NCBI GenBank assembly: GCA_016719885.1
Contig: JADJYF010000008.1
Location: 162,200 to 226,199 of the forward strand
Source of the DNA: Pseudomonadota bacterium
Lineage (GTDB): Bacteria > Pseudomonadota > Gammaproteobacteria > Ga0077536
DNA: 64,000 nucleotides
Reading direction: 5' to 3'
Part shown: positions 50,763 through 60,992 of the stretch, piece after piece
How positions within the stretch are numbered: position 1 is the stretch's first letter
How the letters are laid out: every line of letters begins with the position of its first letter
Position numbers and translations under genes: made by a program
The notes under the pieces: model-generated
Databases searched by the model: none
What the model saw: only the letters and a program-made list of their open reading frames with translations
Told to the model about the DNA's origin: nothing

Positions 50763-51365
50763 ATGACCCTGCTGCTGATCCGCCACGGTGAAACCGAACT
50801 CAACGCTGGACGCGTCGTCCAGTTTCCCGACACGCCGCTCGGCGCCAACGGCATAGAGCAGGCACTGCGTCTCGGCCGCCATCTCGGCACGCGCAACATC
50901 GGCCTGGTGCTTTCCAGTGATTACCGGCGCGCGCGCATGACCGCCGCCAGCGTGGTGGCACACACCGGCGCGCCCATGCTCGAGCATGCCAGCCTGCGTG
51001 AACGGAATTTCGGGGATTTTCGCGGCTCGGCCTATGCCGAGCACGGCGTCGACATCATGGCGCCCGACTTCGTGCCGCCCAATGGCGAAGGCTGGGCGGC
51101 GTTCCATGCGCGCGTCGATCAGGCCTGGCAGCTGATCCAGGACCACGCGGCCAAGGTCGAAGGTGATCTCGCGGTGGTGACCCATGGCCTGGTGCTGCGC
51201 TCGTTGATCGAACGCAAGCTCACGCTCGGCGACTGCGTACTGACGCCGGATCTCGTGGTGCACAACACCTCGGTGACGCTGGTCGAGCGCGGCGCGCCGT
51301 GGCGCCTGCGCGAACTCGCCTCCATCGCCCACCTCGACGATGCGCAGGCGGGCGGCATCGCCTGA
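50763..51365 (+). CDS. Histidine phosphatase (phosphoglycerate mutase) family protein
   Basis: LIRHGETELN catalytic RHG motif; SSDYRRA. Confidence 0.85.
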   Translation: MTLLLIRHGETELNAGRVVQFPDTPLGANGIEQALRLGRHLGTRNIGLVLSSDYRRARMTAASVVAHTGAPMLEHASLRERNFGDFRGSAYAEHGVDIMAPDFVPPNGEGWAAFHARVDQAWQLIQDHAAKVEGDLAVVTHGLVLRSLIERKLTLGDCVLTPDLVVHNTSVTLVERGAPWRLRELASIAHLDDAQAGGIA

Positions 51366-51368
51366 ACC

Positions 51369-52067
51369 TCAGGCGGAGCGACGACGCAGCAGGCCGAGCC
51401 CACCCAGCGCCGAGCCGAACAGCCACAGCGCGGTCGGCACCGGCACCGTGGCCGGCGCGGCAAAGAAGCTGACGCGCATCTCGTTCTGCGGCTGGGCCAG
51501 GATCGAGCCCGTACCGAATACGATGAGGGCGAGGTGCCCGTTGCTGAACGACAGCGACGAGAACTCGCCGAGCGGCGCGCTGGCGACCGCCGAGTAGTAG
51601 CCGCCGCTGAACACGCCCGGATCGTTGCTGGTGACGGTGCGCGACATCTCGCCGCTCATGACCTGCGGCGCGGAGCCGTCGATGGAGACCACGCCGTCGA
51701 GCGTCGCGAGCGTCGCGCTCTCGCCGAATTCGCTGAACACCAGGTTGCCGAAAAAGCCGTTGACCGCACCGCTCAAATGGCCGCCGTTGGCAGCGCTGAT
51801 GGTGAATGACGGCAGCTCGAACTCGGCGAAGTCGAGACTGTCGGTCACCGCCAGCTGCACGCTGCCCGGCACCGCCCACGACACGCTCACCAGGCCGCCC
51901 GCGCCGCCCAGGTCGACACTCGGCGCGCCGAAGACAGTCGAGTCGTCGAAGTCCAGCACGAAGCTGCCGTAGTCGATGGTCTGGGCCGCCGCCGACAGGC
52001 TCGCCACCCATCCCATCACACCCAACATTGCGCCTTTGAAATTCACTGCTGTGCTCCTTGGAAACAT
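51369..52067 (-). CDS. Secreted protein with PEP-CTERM-like (VPVP) C-terminal sorting signal
   Basis: Signal peptide; C-terminal VPVPTALWLFGSALGGLGLLRRRSA. Confidence 0.7.
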   Translation of the reverse strand: MFPRSTAVNFKGAMLGVMGWVASLSAAAQTIDYGSFVLDFDDSTVFGAPSVDLGGAGGLVSVSWAVPGSVQLAVTDSLDFAEFELPSFTISAANGGHLSGAVNGFFGNLVFSEFGESATLATLDGVVSIDGSAPQVMSGEMSRTVTSNDPGVFSGGYYSAVASAPLGEFSSLSFSNGHLALIVFGTGSILAQPQNEMRVSFFAAPATVPVPTALWLFGSALGGLGLLRRRSA

Positions 52068-52257
52068 TGCGTCACAAACGAAAGCCTGTGCGCTGTTGGA
52101 GTGGAGCTTAGTGAGGCGTCGGCAACGGCGGTCGACCGCGGTTCGCAGTTTTCAGCGCCGCGACAATGCTTGACGATTGCTGCCGGCTTTGTGTGACGGG
52201 CGCACGCTTTGGGTGGCTGATGCCGCGGCTGCTGTCGGCAATGGTATGTGCATTTGA

Positions 52258-52464
52258 ATGTCAGGCTGAAGCCTGACCCACAGGACCCGTGCCTTCTTGG
52301 TTGTGGGTCAGGCTTCAGCCTGACATTCAGGGCACATGCCTCTTGGTTGTGGGTCAGGCTTCAGCCTGACATTCAGGGCACATGCCTCTTGGTTGTGGGT
52401 CAGGCTTCAGCCTGACATTCAGGGCACATGCCTCTTGTTGTGGGTCAGGCTTCAGCCTGACATT
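52258..52464. repeat. REP-A array: one inverted copy, then four tandem 46-bp units (TGTGGGTCAGGCTTCAGCCTGACATTCAGGGCACATGCCTCTTGGT)
   Basis: Unit starts at 52302, 52348, 52394 and 52439 (last unit partial; third unit 45 bp). Inverted copy at 52260-52282. Confidence 0.92.
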
Positions 52465-52501
52465 GGGTCGCGAACAAATCCCTGCGCCAAAGGCACAAGG
52501 A

Positions 52502-53365
52502 TCAACTCGCGCTGCGCTTCACCCCGCCGCCATGCAGGGCATGGCTGCCGTCCTGCATCGCCTGCAAGGCCGCCGGTCGGCGCACGGTGGCGCGCCGACC
52601 GCAGGGGATCTGGTACTCGGTGTTGCCGGTGTAATAGCCCAGCATGTCGAGGAACTCGGGCGTCATGGCGGCCGCCACTTGCGGCCACAGCGCGGCGTTC
52701 CAGTTGATCTGCGGACGCAGCCAGCGCACCACGTAATAACCGAAAAGCGCGGCGCGCTGGCTGTCGGCGGAATGGTTGGCGCCGGTCTGGTGCCACAAAC
52801 GCCCGTCCATCACCAGCATGCTGCCGGCCGGCGCTTCGATGGCGACGGTTTCCACCGCTTCGCCACGTCGCGGACCGCGCCCCATGCGATGGGAGCCCGG
52901 CACGTAACAGGTGCCGCCGTTCTCGGCGGTGAAATCATCGAGCAGCCAGCCGACGTTGCAGGCCAGCGCCGGGCCCGCCCACGGCGAGTCGACATAACCC
53001 TGGTCGGCGTGCAGCAGCATGCGTTGACTGCCGGGCGCGGTGATATTGGCGCTGAAGTTCGAGATGAGAAAGGAATCACCGAGACTGTGGCGCACGAAAT
53101 CCAGCGCCGGCGCACGCTGCACGAGGTCGATGAACAGCGGGTCGAGATTGAACAGCTGGAACACGCGGCGATTGCGCTCGTCGCAGTCGAAGGCGTAGCC
53201 GCGCGTCGGCACCTCGTCTTCTTCGCTGGCGAGCGCCGCGGCCTCGAGCCGCGCGCGCACGTCCCGCACTTCGTCGCGGGACAGGGCGTCGGCGAGCAAT
53301 GCCAGCCCATGCTCGTCGAGTTGGGCCAGTGCTTCGTCGACATGACGGCAAGCGGTGATGGACAT
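52502..53365 (-). CDS. Phytanoyl-CoA dioxygenase (PhyH) family Fe(II)/2-oxoglutarate oxygenase
   Basis: HADQGY (HxD) and distal LWHQTG His; start MSITAC (53365). Confidence 0.75.
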   Translation of the reverse strand: MSITACRHVDEALAQLDEHGLALLADALSRDEVRDVRARLEAAALASEEDEVPTRGYAFDCDERNRRVFQLFNLDPLFIDLVQRAPALDFVRHSLGDSFLISNFSANITAPGSQRMLLHADQGYVDSPWAGPALACNVGWLLDDFTAENGGTCYVPGSHRMGRGPRRGEAVETVAIEAPAGSMLVMDGRLWHQTGANHSADSQRAALFGYYVVRWLRPQINWNAALWPQVAAAMTPEFLDMLGYYTGNTEYQIPCGRRATVRRPAALQAMQDGSHALHGGGVKRSAS

Positions 53366-53534
53366 ACGGGGCCTCGCAACGGTGACAGGCAATGCCTCGC
53401 AACTTAAGTGATGGTCGCCGTGGCGCATACCCCCGAAGGTGGGGCCGCGCCACGCGCGGCGACAAAGCGGCTTGCCACCGGCCGGCCGCTGCCGTCACCC
53501 TATGCGGCCCCTCACTCGATACAGGAGAACCAAC

Positions 53535-54575
53535 ATGGCCGAAGTGAATCGCCAGTGGCTGCTGCGCGCGCGGCCGAGCGGACATCTGCGCATGGACGAT
53601 TTCGAATATCGCGAAGTGCCCATGCCCAGCGCGCCGCTCGCGCCGGGGGAAATGCGCGTGCGCAACGTGGTGTTCCTGTGCGCGCCGACCATGCGCAATT
53701 GGATGGACCCGCCCGGCAACAGCTTCTACCCGTCCATCCCGCTCGGCCAGCCGATATTCGCGCCGGCGGTGGGCCGCGTGGTCGAAAGCAACAACCCGGA
53801 TTTCAAACCCGGCGATCGCGTGTTCGCGTTTTCGAGCTGGCAGGACTACACCACGGTCGGCGGCTCGACCGTGCGCGCGCCGAGCAAGTTGGTGGACGGC
53901 ATCAGCTTCATCGATGCCATCGGCCGCTACGGCCTGAATCCCATCACTGCCTACTTCGGTTTGCTCGATGTCGGCGCGGCCAAGGCCGGCGAAACCCTGG
54001 TGGTGTCGGGCGCGGCCGGCTCGACCGGTTCGACCGCCGCCCAGATCGGCAAGATCAAGGGCATGACCGTGATCGGCATCGCCGGCGGCGCGGAAAAGTG
54101 CGCGTGGCTCAAGAACGACTGCGGCCTCGACGGCGTCATCGACTACAAGTCGGAGAACGTCGAAGCGCGCCTCGCGGCGCTGTGCCCGAAAGGCATCGAC
54201 GTGTTCTACGACAACGTCGGCGGCGACATCCTGCAGGCGGCCGTCAACAACATGGCGCCGTTGGGACGCATCGTGCTGTGCGGCCAGATCTCGAGCTACG
54301 ACAGCAATGCCCAGGCCGAGGGCCCACGCAACATGATGCGCCTCATCTACGGCAGCATACGCATGCAGGGCTTCCTGTGCGGCAACTACGTGGCGCGCTT
54401 CGGCGAGGCGGTGACGGATCTGAAGGCCTGGTCGGCGGCCGGCCGCATAGTCTATCGCGAAGATCTCTACCAGGGCTTCGACAAGCTGCCCCGAGCCTTC
54501 GCCACGCTGTTCAGCGGCACCAACCAGGGCACGCTGCTGGTGGCGGTCGACGACAGCGCCGCCGACACGCGCTGA
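53535..54575 (+). CDS. NADP-dependent medium-chain (MDR) ene-reductase, YncB/PTGR-like
   Basis: AGGAGA SD; VSGAAGSTGS cofactor loop; layout like alkenal/one oxidoreductases. Confidence 0.8.
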   Translation: MAEVNRQWLLRARPSGHLRMDDFEYREVPMPSAPLAPGEMRVRNVVFLCAPTMRNWMDPPGNSFYPSIPLGQPIFAPAVGRVVESNNPDFKPGDRVFAFSSWQDYTTVGGSTVRAPSKLVDGISFIDAIGRYGLNPITAYFGLLDVGAAKAGETLVVSGAAGSTGSTAAQIGKIKGMTVIGIAGGAEKCAWLKNDCGLDGVIDYKSENVEARLAALCPKGIDVFYDNVGGDILQAAVNNMAPLGRIVLCGQISSYDSNAQAEGPRNMMRLIYGSIRMQGFLCGNYVARFGEAVTDLKAWSAAGRIVYREDLYQGFDKLPRAFATLFSGTNQGTLLVAVDDSAADTR

Positions 54576-54674
54576 GCACGGCCGGAGGCGTGATGCGGTG
54601 CGCGGTTTCGATGCGCTATTCTGCGGCTAGCGCGGCGCGCCGCGGCGCCGCCCCCCATCGCACGAGGTGAGTTC

Positions 54675-55706
54675 ATGCCAGTCAGCGATCACGCGCTAGT
54701 CGAAGCCTGGAAATCGGTACTCACGCTGTGCGAGGTAAGGGCCGGCGACAACATCACGCTGCTCACCGGCAGCCACACCCATGCCCAGACCCTGCGCACC
54801 GCCATCGCCGCGGTGCGCGCGCTCGGCGCGATACCGACCTGCATCGCTCTCGAACCTTTGAACGCGGACAAGTCCCTGAGCCGCGATCCGCTCGCCTACC
54901 TCGGCACCACGCCCCTGACCGGCAATCGCGCCGCCATGGCCGCCTGCCTTGCCAGCAGCCTCGTGATCGATCTCATGCTCTTGCTGTTCTCGCCGGAGCA
55001 GCAGCAGATCCTGGAATCGGGCACGCGCATCCTGCTGGCGGTCGAACCGCCGGAAGTGTTGCTGCGCCTGTTGCCGACGCTCGAAGACCGCGCGCGGGTC
55101 AACGCCGCGGCCGTGCATCTCGCCAGCGCGCGCACCATGCACGTGACGTCCGCGGCCGGCACCGATGTCATGTTCCGCCTCGGGCAATACCCGGTCATCA
55201 AGGAATACGGTTTCGTCGACGAGCCGGGGCGCTGGGATCACTGGCCGAGCGGCTTCCTGTTCACCTGGCCCAACGAAGGCGCGTCCGACGGCACCATCGT
55301 GCTCGACCAGGGCGACATCCTGCTGCCGCAGAAACGCTACCTGTCGGCGCCCGTCACGCTCACCGTCAAGCACGGCTACGTGACCGACATCGCCGGCGGC
55401 CTCGAGGCTGACCTCTTCAACGAGTACATGCAGAGTTTCAACGACCCGGAAGGCTATGCGCTGTCCCATGTCGGCTGGGGTCTGCAGCATCGCGCCAAGT
55501 GGTCGACCCTGAGCCTCTACGATCGTGAACAGACCATCGCCATGGACGCGCGCGCCTTCGCCGGCAATTTCCTGTTCTCGCTCGGCCCCAATACCGAGGT
55601 GGGCGGCACGCGCAATACCGCCTGCCATATCGACATCCCGCTGCGCGGCTGCACCGTCAAACTCGATGAGCGGGTGGTGGTGCGGGCCGGTGCACTGGTG
55701 GAATGA
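54675..55706 (+). CDS. NicX-like 2,5-dihydroxypyridine 5,6-dioxygenase family (M29 aminopeptidase-T fold) protein
   Basis: Blocks [67 protein letters not shown] match my memory of Pseudomonas putida NicX. Confidence 0.65.
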   Translation: MPVSDHALVEAWKSVLTLCEVRAGDNITLLTGSHTHAQTLRTAIAAVRALGAIPTCIALEPLNADKSLSRDPLAYLGTTPLTGNRAAMAACLASSLVIDLMLLLFSPEQQQILESGTRILLAVEPPEVLLRLLPTLEDRARVNAAAVHLASARTMHVTSAAGTDVMFRLGQYPVIKEYGFVDEPGRWDHWPSGFLFTWPNEGASDGTIVLDQGDILLPQKRYLSAPVTLTVKHGYVTDIAGGLEADLFNEYMQSFNDPEGYALSHVGWGLQHRAKWSTLSLYDREQTIAMDARAFAGNFLFSLGPNTEVGGTRNTACHIDIPLRGCTVKLDERVVVRAGALVE

Positions 55707-55716
55707 GATCCTGATC

Positions 55717-56187
55717 ATGACGACATCACTCAAGGTCAACGGCAAAGCGGTCAGCATCGACGCGGTAGGCGAGATGCCACTCTTGTGGGTGCTGCGCGAA
55801 CAGCTCGGCCTGACCGGCACCAAGTACGGCTGCGGCATCGGCGCCTGCGGCGCCTGCACCGTGCATCTCGACGGCACCGCCATGCGCGCCTGCCAGGTGC
55901 CGTTGGAAATGACCGCCGGCAAGGAGGTGCTGACCATCGAAGGCTACGGCGCCGACGGCCTGCACCTGCTGCAGAAAGCCTGGATAACCCACCAGGTGCC
56001 GCAATGCGGCTACTGCCAGTCGGGCATGATCATGGCGGCGGCGGACCTGTTGAAACGCAATCCCGCGCCGAGCGACGCCGACATCCGCCAGGCCATCACC
56101 AACCTGTGCCGTTGCGGCACCTACGAGCGCATCATCGCCGCGATCCTCGACGCCGCCAGCCAGATGCGCAACGGTCAGAGCGCATGA
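55717..56187 (+). CDS. [2Fe-2S]-binding small subunit of a molybdenum hydroxylase (IorA/NicA-like)
   Basis: Cluster motifs [10 protein letters not shown] and CGYCQSG...CRCGTY. Confidence 0.92.
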   Translation: MTTSLKVNGKAVSIDAVGEMPLLWVLREQLGLTGTKYGCGIGACGACTVHLDGTAMRACQVPLEMTAGKEVLTIEGYGADGLHLLQKAWITHQVPQCGYCQSGMIMAAADLLKRNPAPSDADIRQAITNLCRCGTYERIIAAILDAASQMRNGQSA

Positions 56188-58424
56188 GCGCCGCGCCCAT
56201 GTTGACGCGCCGCGCGCTGTTGAAGGCAAGCCTGCTCGGCGCGGGCGCGGTGGGCTTCGGTGTGAGCGGGCTCGGCGCCGTCGCGGCCGGTGGCGAGGCG
56301 GAAGTCACGTCGTGGATAGTCATTCGCGCCGACGGCCGCGTGGTGATCCGCATTCCGCAATCGGAGCTCGGCCAGGGCGTCACCACCAGCCTCGCGCAGC
56401 TCATCGCCGAGGAAATGGACCTCGCCTGGGGCGAATTCGATACCGAGTATTTCGACGCGCAGATCAACCGCGAGCGGCACAATGTCTACGTGCACACCGC
56501 GACCTTGAACAGCTGGTCGTCGGACCTGCTGTTCGAACCTATGCGTCTTGCCGGCGCGCAGGTGAAACGCATGCTGCTGACGGCGGCGGCCGCGAAGTTG
56601 AAGGTTGAGGTCGAGGCGCTAGTCATCGAAGGCGCGCGCATCCGGCACGGCGCGAGCGGCCGCAGCCTCGGCTTTGCCGAAGTGGCGAAGGCGGCGGCCG
56701 CCTTGCCGGTGCCGCCGGCGGCCAGCCTCGAGCTCAAAGACCGCGGGCAATGGAAACTCATCGGCCAGTCGCTGCCGCGCCTCGATGCCGAGGCCAAGGC
56801 CACCGGCGCGGCTCAATTCGGCATCGATGTCAGCTTGCCGGGCATGAAATACGCCGCCGTGCGCCAGTCGCCGGTGTTCGGCGGCCGTCTGCGCGGCTTC
56901 GATGCGAGCAAGGTGATGGCCATGCCGGGCGTCATCAAGGTGGTCGCAATCAAGGCCGGACCGTCGGGCTACACCGTGCCCGATACGCTGTGGGACATCA
57001 TCGACTGGCAGATGGACGACGCAGTGGCGGTGATCGCCGACAGCTGGTGGCTGGCCGAGCAAGCCTTGCGCGCCTTGCCCATCAGCTGGGACGAGGGCGC
57101 CAACGCCAAGGTCGACAGCGCCGCCATCGCCACCGCGCTGGACGCGGCCTTGAAGCAGCCGGGCACGGTGATGCGCGGCGAAGGCGATGTCGACGCGGCA
57201 CTCGCCACGGCCGCCAGGACCATCGCGGCCGAGTATCGCTATCCCTACATGGAACATGCGCCGCTCGAGCCCATGAACGCGACGGCGCTGGTCACCGCGC
57301 AAGGCGTGGAAGCATGGGCGCCCAGCCAATATGCCGACGAGGCGCTGCGCATCGCCGCCTACGCCGCGCAGCGCCCCTTGAAGGACGTCAAGCTGCATTT
57401 GACCTTGAGCGGCGGCGGTTTTGGCCGGCGCCTGTCCAACGACTACGTGAGCCAGGCGGTACAGGTCGCGGCGCAATTGCCGAACGTACCGGTCAAGCTC
57501 ATCGCCTCGCGCGAGGAAACCACGCGGCGCGGTTACTACGCACCGGTGGCGGCGGCGCGCATGCGCGGCGGACTCGATGCAGAGGGGCGCGTCGTCGCGT
57601 GGCACAGCCATGTCGCTTTCGGTCGCGCGCCGCTGCAGCCCTACGGCATGTCGCGCATCCCGTTCGCCATCGACCATGTGCGCTGCGAATACTCGAGCAT
57701 CGACACGCCGCCACCGTTCGGCTGGATGCGCGGCGTGGCCCATACCCAGGGCCTGTGGATGAACCTCGGCTTCCTCGGCGAACTGGCGGAAGCGGCCGGC
57801 AAGAGCAGCATCGAGATGCAGTTCGCGCTGCTCGACGAGTCACGCCTGTCGCGCCAACGCAGCGATTACGACGACGCGCTGGCGCGCATCAGGCGCCAGA
57901 AGTCGCTGCTCGAAACGGTGGTGAAGCTCGCCGGCGGCGCGCGCCTCGATGCGCCGGGCAAGGGGCGTGGCATCGCGGTCACGGACATGAGCTACGTGCC
58001 CGGCTATCACTCCTCGTGCGTGGCCATGGCCATGGACGTCGCCCTCGATGCTGAAGGCCGGCTGCGCGTCGAGCGCGTGATCGCGGTGGTCGATGTCGGG
58101 CTCGCCATCAATCCGCGCAACGTCGAGGCACAGGTGCAGGGCGGCATCGCCTTCGGCCTGTCGAATGCGATGTATGGCCAGATCACCCTGCGTGACGGTC
58201 GCGTCGAACAAGGCAACTTCAACGACTACCCGGTCATGAAGATGATGGCCATGCCGCGCGTCGAGGTGCACATCCAGCCGTCCAGCGGCCGGCCCAGTGG
58301 CATCGGCGAGGAAGCGGTGCCGGTGGCGGTGGCGGCGCTGGTCGACGCGGTGTACGCAGCGGGCGGACCGCGCGTGCGTTCGCTGCCGCTGGCCGCGCAC
58401 AAGCTCACGCCGCGCAAGGCTTAG
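56184..58424 (+). CDS. Molybdopterin-binding large subunit of a molybdenum hydroxylase (IorB / isoquinoline 1-oxidoreductase beta-like)
   Basis: ATGA overlap with small subunit; Tat-like [15 protein letters not shown]; [18 protein letters not shown] and aldehyde-oxidase/XDH-type blocks. Confidence 0.88.
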   Translation: MSAAPMLTRRALLKASLLGAGAVGFGVSGLGAVAAGGEAEVTSWIVIRADGRVVIRIPQSELGQGVTTSLAQLIAEEMDLAWGEFDTEYFDAQINRERHNVYVHTATLNSWSSDLLFEPMRLAGAQVKRMLLTAAAAKLKVEVEALVIEGARIRHGASGRSLGFAEVAKAAAALPVPPAASLELKDRGQWKLIGQSLPRLDAEAKATGAAQFGIDVSLPGMKYAAVRQSPVFGGRLRGFDASKVMAMPGVIKVVAIKAGPSGYTVPDTLWDIIDWQMDDAVAVIADSWWLAEQALRALPISWDEGANAKVDSAAIATALDAALKQPGTVMRGEGDVDAALATAARTIAAEYRYPYMEHAPLEPMNATALVTAQGVEAWAPSQYADEALRIAAYAAQRPLKDVKLHLTLSGGGFGRRLSNDYVSQAVQVAAQLPNVPVKLIASREETTRRGYYAPVAAARMRGGLDAEGRVVAWHSHVAFGRAPLQPYGMSRIPFAIDHVRCEYSSIDTPPPFGWMRGVAHTQGLWMNLGFLGELAEAAGKSSIEMQFALLDESRLSRQRSDYDDALARIRRQKSLLETVVKLAGGARLDAPGKGRGIAVTDMSYVPGYHSSCVAMAMDVALDAEGRLRVERVIAVVDVGLAINPRNVEAQVQGGIAFGLSNAMYGQITLRDGRVEQGNFNDYPVMKMMAMPRVEVHIQPSSGRPSGIGEEAVPVAVAALVDAVYAAGGPRVRSLPLAAHKLTPRKA

Positions 58425-58434
58425 CGCGCTGCCC

Positions 58435-58941
58435 ATGAACGCGCCCGATGTGATGCGCGTCGGCGCCGCCGACAGCGCGCTGGGCCTGGCGCTGCGCGCG
58501 GTGTTTGCGCTCCATGGCCTGGCTGTTGAATGGCTGGCCGACGGCGGCGAGATCCCCGGCAGCTACTGGGGCGAATGCGAAGCGGGCTTGGTGAAATCGA
58601 CGCTCTACGTGCGCGCCGACACACCGGTGCATTCGGCCCTGCACGAAGGTTGCCATTACGTCTGCGCCGACGACGAACGCCGCGCCAACCTGCACACCGA
58701 TGCCGGCGGCAGCGACACCGAGGAATGCGCGGTGTGTTACCTGTCCATCGTGCTGGCGGCGGAGCTGCCGGGATTCGGCCAGTCACGCATGCTGACCGAC
58801 ATGGACGCCTGGGGTTATTCATTCCGGCTCGGCAGCGCCGCGCGTTGGCTGGTCGAAGATGCCGAAGATGCGCGCGCGTGGCTGCTCGCCCATGCATTGC
58901 CGACCGCACTCGATCCCGAATACGACAGGACACGCCCATGA
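58435..58941 (+). CDS. Hypothetical 168-aa protein with HExxH motif
   Basis: Protein-like composition; HEGCH at 58642-58656; 10-nt gap after the Mo subunit and ATGA overlap with the amidase. Confidence 0.6.
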   Translation: MNAPDVMRVGAADSALGLALRAVFALHGLAVEWLADGGEIPGSYWGECEAGLVKSTLYVRADTPVHSALHEGCHYVCADDERRANLHTDAGGSDTEECAVCYLSIVLAAELPGFGQSRMLTDMDAWGYSFRLGSAARWLVEDAEDARAWLLAHALPTALDPEYDRTRP

Positions 58942-60957
58942 GCGAAGATTTCGAACACGGCATTCGCGAAGCGAGCATCGCCGAGCTGCGTGCGGCGCTC
59001 GCCGCCGGCCGCTTGAGCGCAACGGCGCTGGTGTGTCGTTACCTCAACCGCATCGCGCATTACGATCATCACGGCATTCGCTTGAACGCCGTGCCGATTC
59101 TGAACCCGCAACTGTTTGCCGAGGCGCGCGCCGCCGACGAACGACGCCGCAAGGGCGAAACGCGCGGGCCGCTGGACGGCATTCCCTATCTCGCCAAGGC
59201 CAGCTACGCAGTCAAGGGGCTGCCGCTCACCAGCGGTTCGCCGGCCTTCGAACATCTCATCGCGCGCGAAGATGCCTTTGTCATCGCCGAGCTGCGCGCG
59301 GCCGGCGCCATACTCATGGGTCTGACCACCATGCCGCCGATGGCGGCGGGAGGCATGCAACGCGGCTTGTTCGGGCGCGCGGAAAGTCCGTATAACGCAG
59401 CCTTCCTCACCGCCGCCTTCGCCTCCGGTTCCTCCAACGGCTCGGGCAGCGGCCTCGCGGCGGGCTTCGCCGCCTTCGCGCTCGCCGAAGAGACCTGGTC
59501 GTCGGGTCGCGCGCCCGCCACCAACAACGGCCTGGTCGCCTACACGCCGTCGCGCGGCATGATCTCCATGCGCGGCAATTGGCCCTTGATTCCGACCATG
59601 GACGTGGTGGTGCCCTACGCGCGCAGCGTGGCCTGCCTGCTCGACGTGTTGAACGTGGTGGTGAAGGACGACCCTGTCGCACGCGGTGATTTCTGGCGTG
59701 CGCAAACCGCCGTGCAGCTGCCCGCCGCGTCGGCGTTGCGCCCCGCCGACTACAGCGCACTCGGCGATGCCGGGGCCCTGCGTGGCAAACGGATCGGCGT
59801 GCCGCGCATGTACATCAACCGCGACGCCGCGAGCACGCGCCCCATCGCCACGCGCGCCTCGGTCATAGCCTGCTGGCAGGCGGCGGCACGCGCCCTGACG
59901 GCGGCCGGCGCGGAAGTCTTGGAAGTCGACTTCCCCTTGGTTTCGAACTACGAAAAAGACCGGCCCGGCGCCATGACCATGGTCGAGCGTGGACTGGCGC
60001 CCGCCGAGTTCGCGCATGCCGAGGGCTTCGACGCGATCGTGTTTGCGTGGGACGATTTCCTGGCCGCCAATGCCGACCCGCATCTCGCGAACCTTGCCGA
60101 CGTGGCGCCGGATCTCATCATTCCGCGCCTGCCAGGCGCCGAGCGCGATCGCTACGAGGGCATTCCCAATTTCGGCGACTACGCCAACGCCGCCAAGGCC
60201 GGCGTCACGCCGCACAACGACATCCCGCATCTTGCCGCGGGACTGCGCGGCCTCGAACAAACGCGCAAGCAGGATTTGGAAGCGTGGCTCGATGCCGAGG
60301 GTCTGGACATGCTGGTGTTTCCGGCGGTGGCCGACATCGCGCCGGCCGATGCCGACTACAACCGGCGCGCGGCCGACATCGCGTGGCGCAACGGCACCTG
60401 GGTGGCCAACGGCAACCAGGCCATCCGCCATTTCGGCGTGCCGACCGTGACCGTGCCGATGGGCATGCTCGCCGACATCCACATGCCCATCGGTCTGACC
60501 TTCGCCGGACGCGCCTACGACGATGCACGGCTGCTCGCCGCCGCGTTTGCCTTCGAACAGTGCACGCGACAACGTCGCGCCGCACCACGCACGCCGCCGC
60601 TCGCCGATGACGGCGCCTTGCCGGCCGCGCGCGTGCCAGGCATGCAGGCCTTGCCTGCGCTCGAGCTGGGCGCCGGGATCTCCGGATGTCGATGGCGACG
60701 GCATGGTGACCCTGACGATATCCGGCAAAGTGAGCAGCAGCGCGCCGCTCGCAAAGCTGGCGCTGTGGGTCAATGGCACGCCGCAGCTGCTGCGCCAGGA
60801 GGGCGCTGGGTTTCGCGCCGAAGTACGGCTGCCCTTCGACACCCATTACGCCCTGCACAGCCGCTGGCGCGGCCCCTATGGATCGGTCATCACGGCGCTC
60901 GCGGAAGACCACCACGGCGGCGCGGCGGGCGCTTACGTGGTGGTGGGAGGCGTGTAG
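58938..60957 (+). CDS. Amidase-signature family amidase; the C-terminal ~90 aa are only readable after a frame change near 60640-60685
   Basis: AS signature ASGSSNGSGSGLAAG. Core is readable in frame 0 to ~60660, after which frame 0 becomes Arg-rich junk running through REP elements to 61118. Frame +1 encodes a protein-like tail (SPDVDGDGMVTLTISGKV...VVVGGV, stop 60957). Confidence 0.75.
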
Positions 60958-60992
60958 ATTCCTGTCGCGATGCCGGCAATGAACGCGGCGAT

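Noticed and set aside
52258-52464. CRISPR-like appearance: ~24-bp palindromic repeats at regular 46-bp spacing. The same pattern occurs at 60993-61175 with 55-56-bp spacing.
   Set aside because: The 'spacers' are identical to each other, so the whole unit is tandemly duplicated. The repeat is the same REP element found singly all over the window. No cas genes or leader are present.
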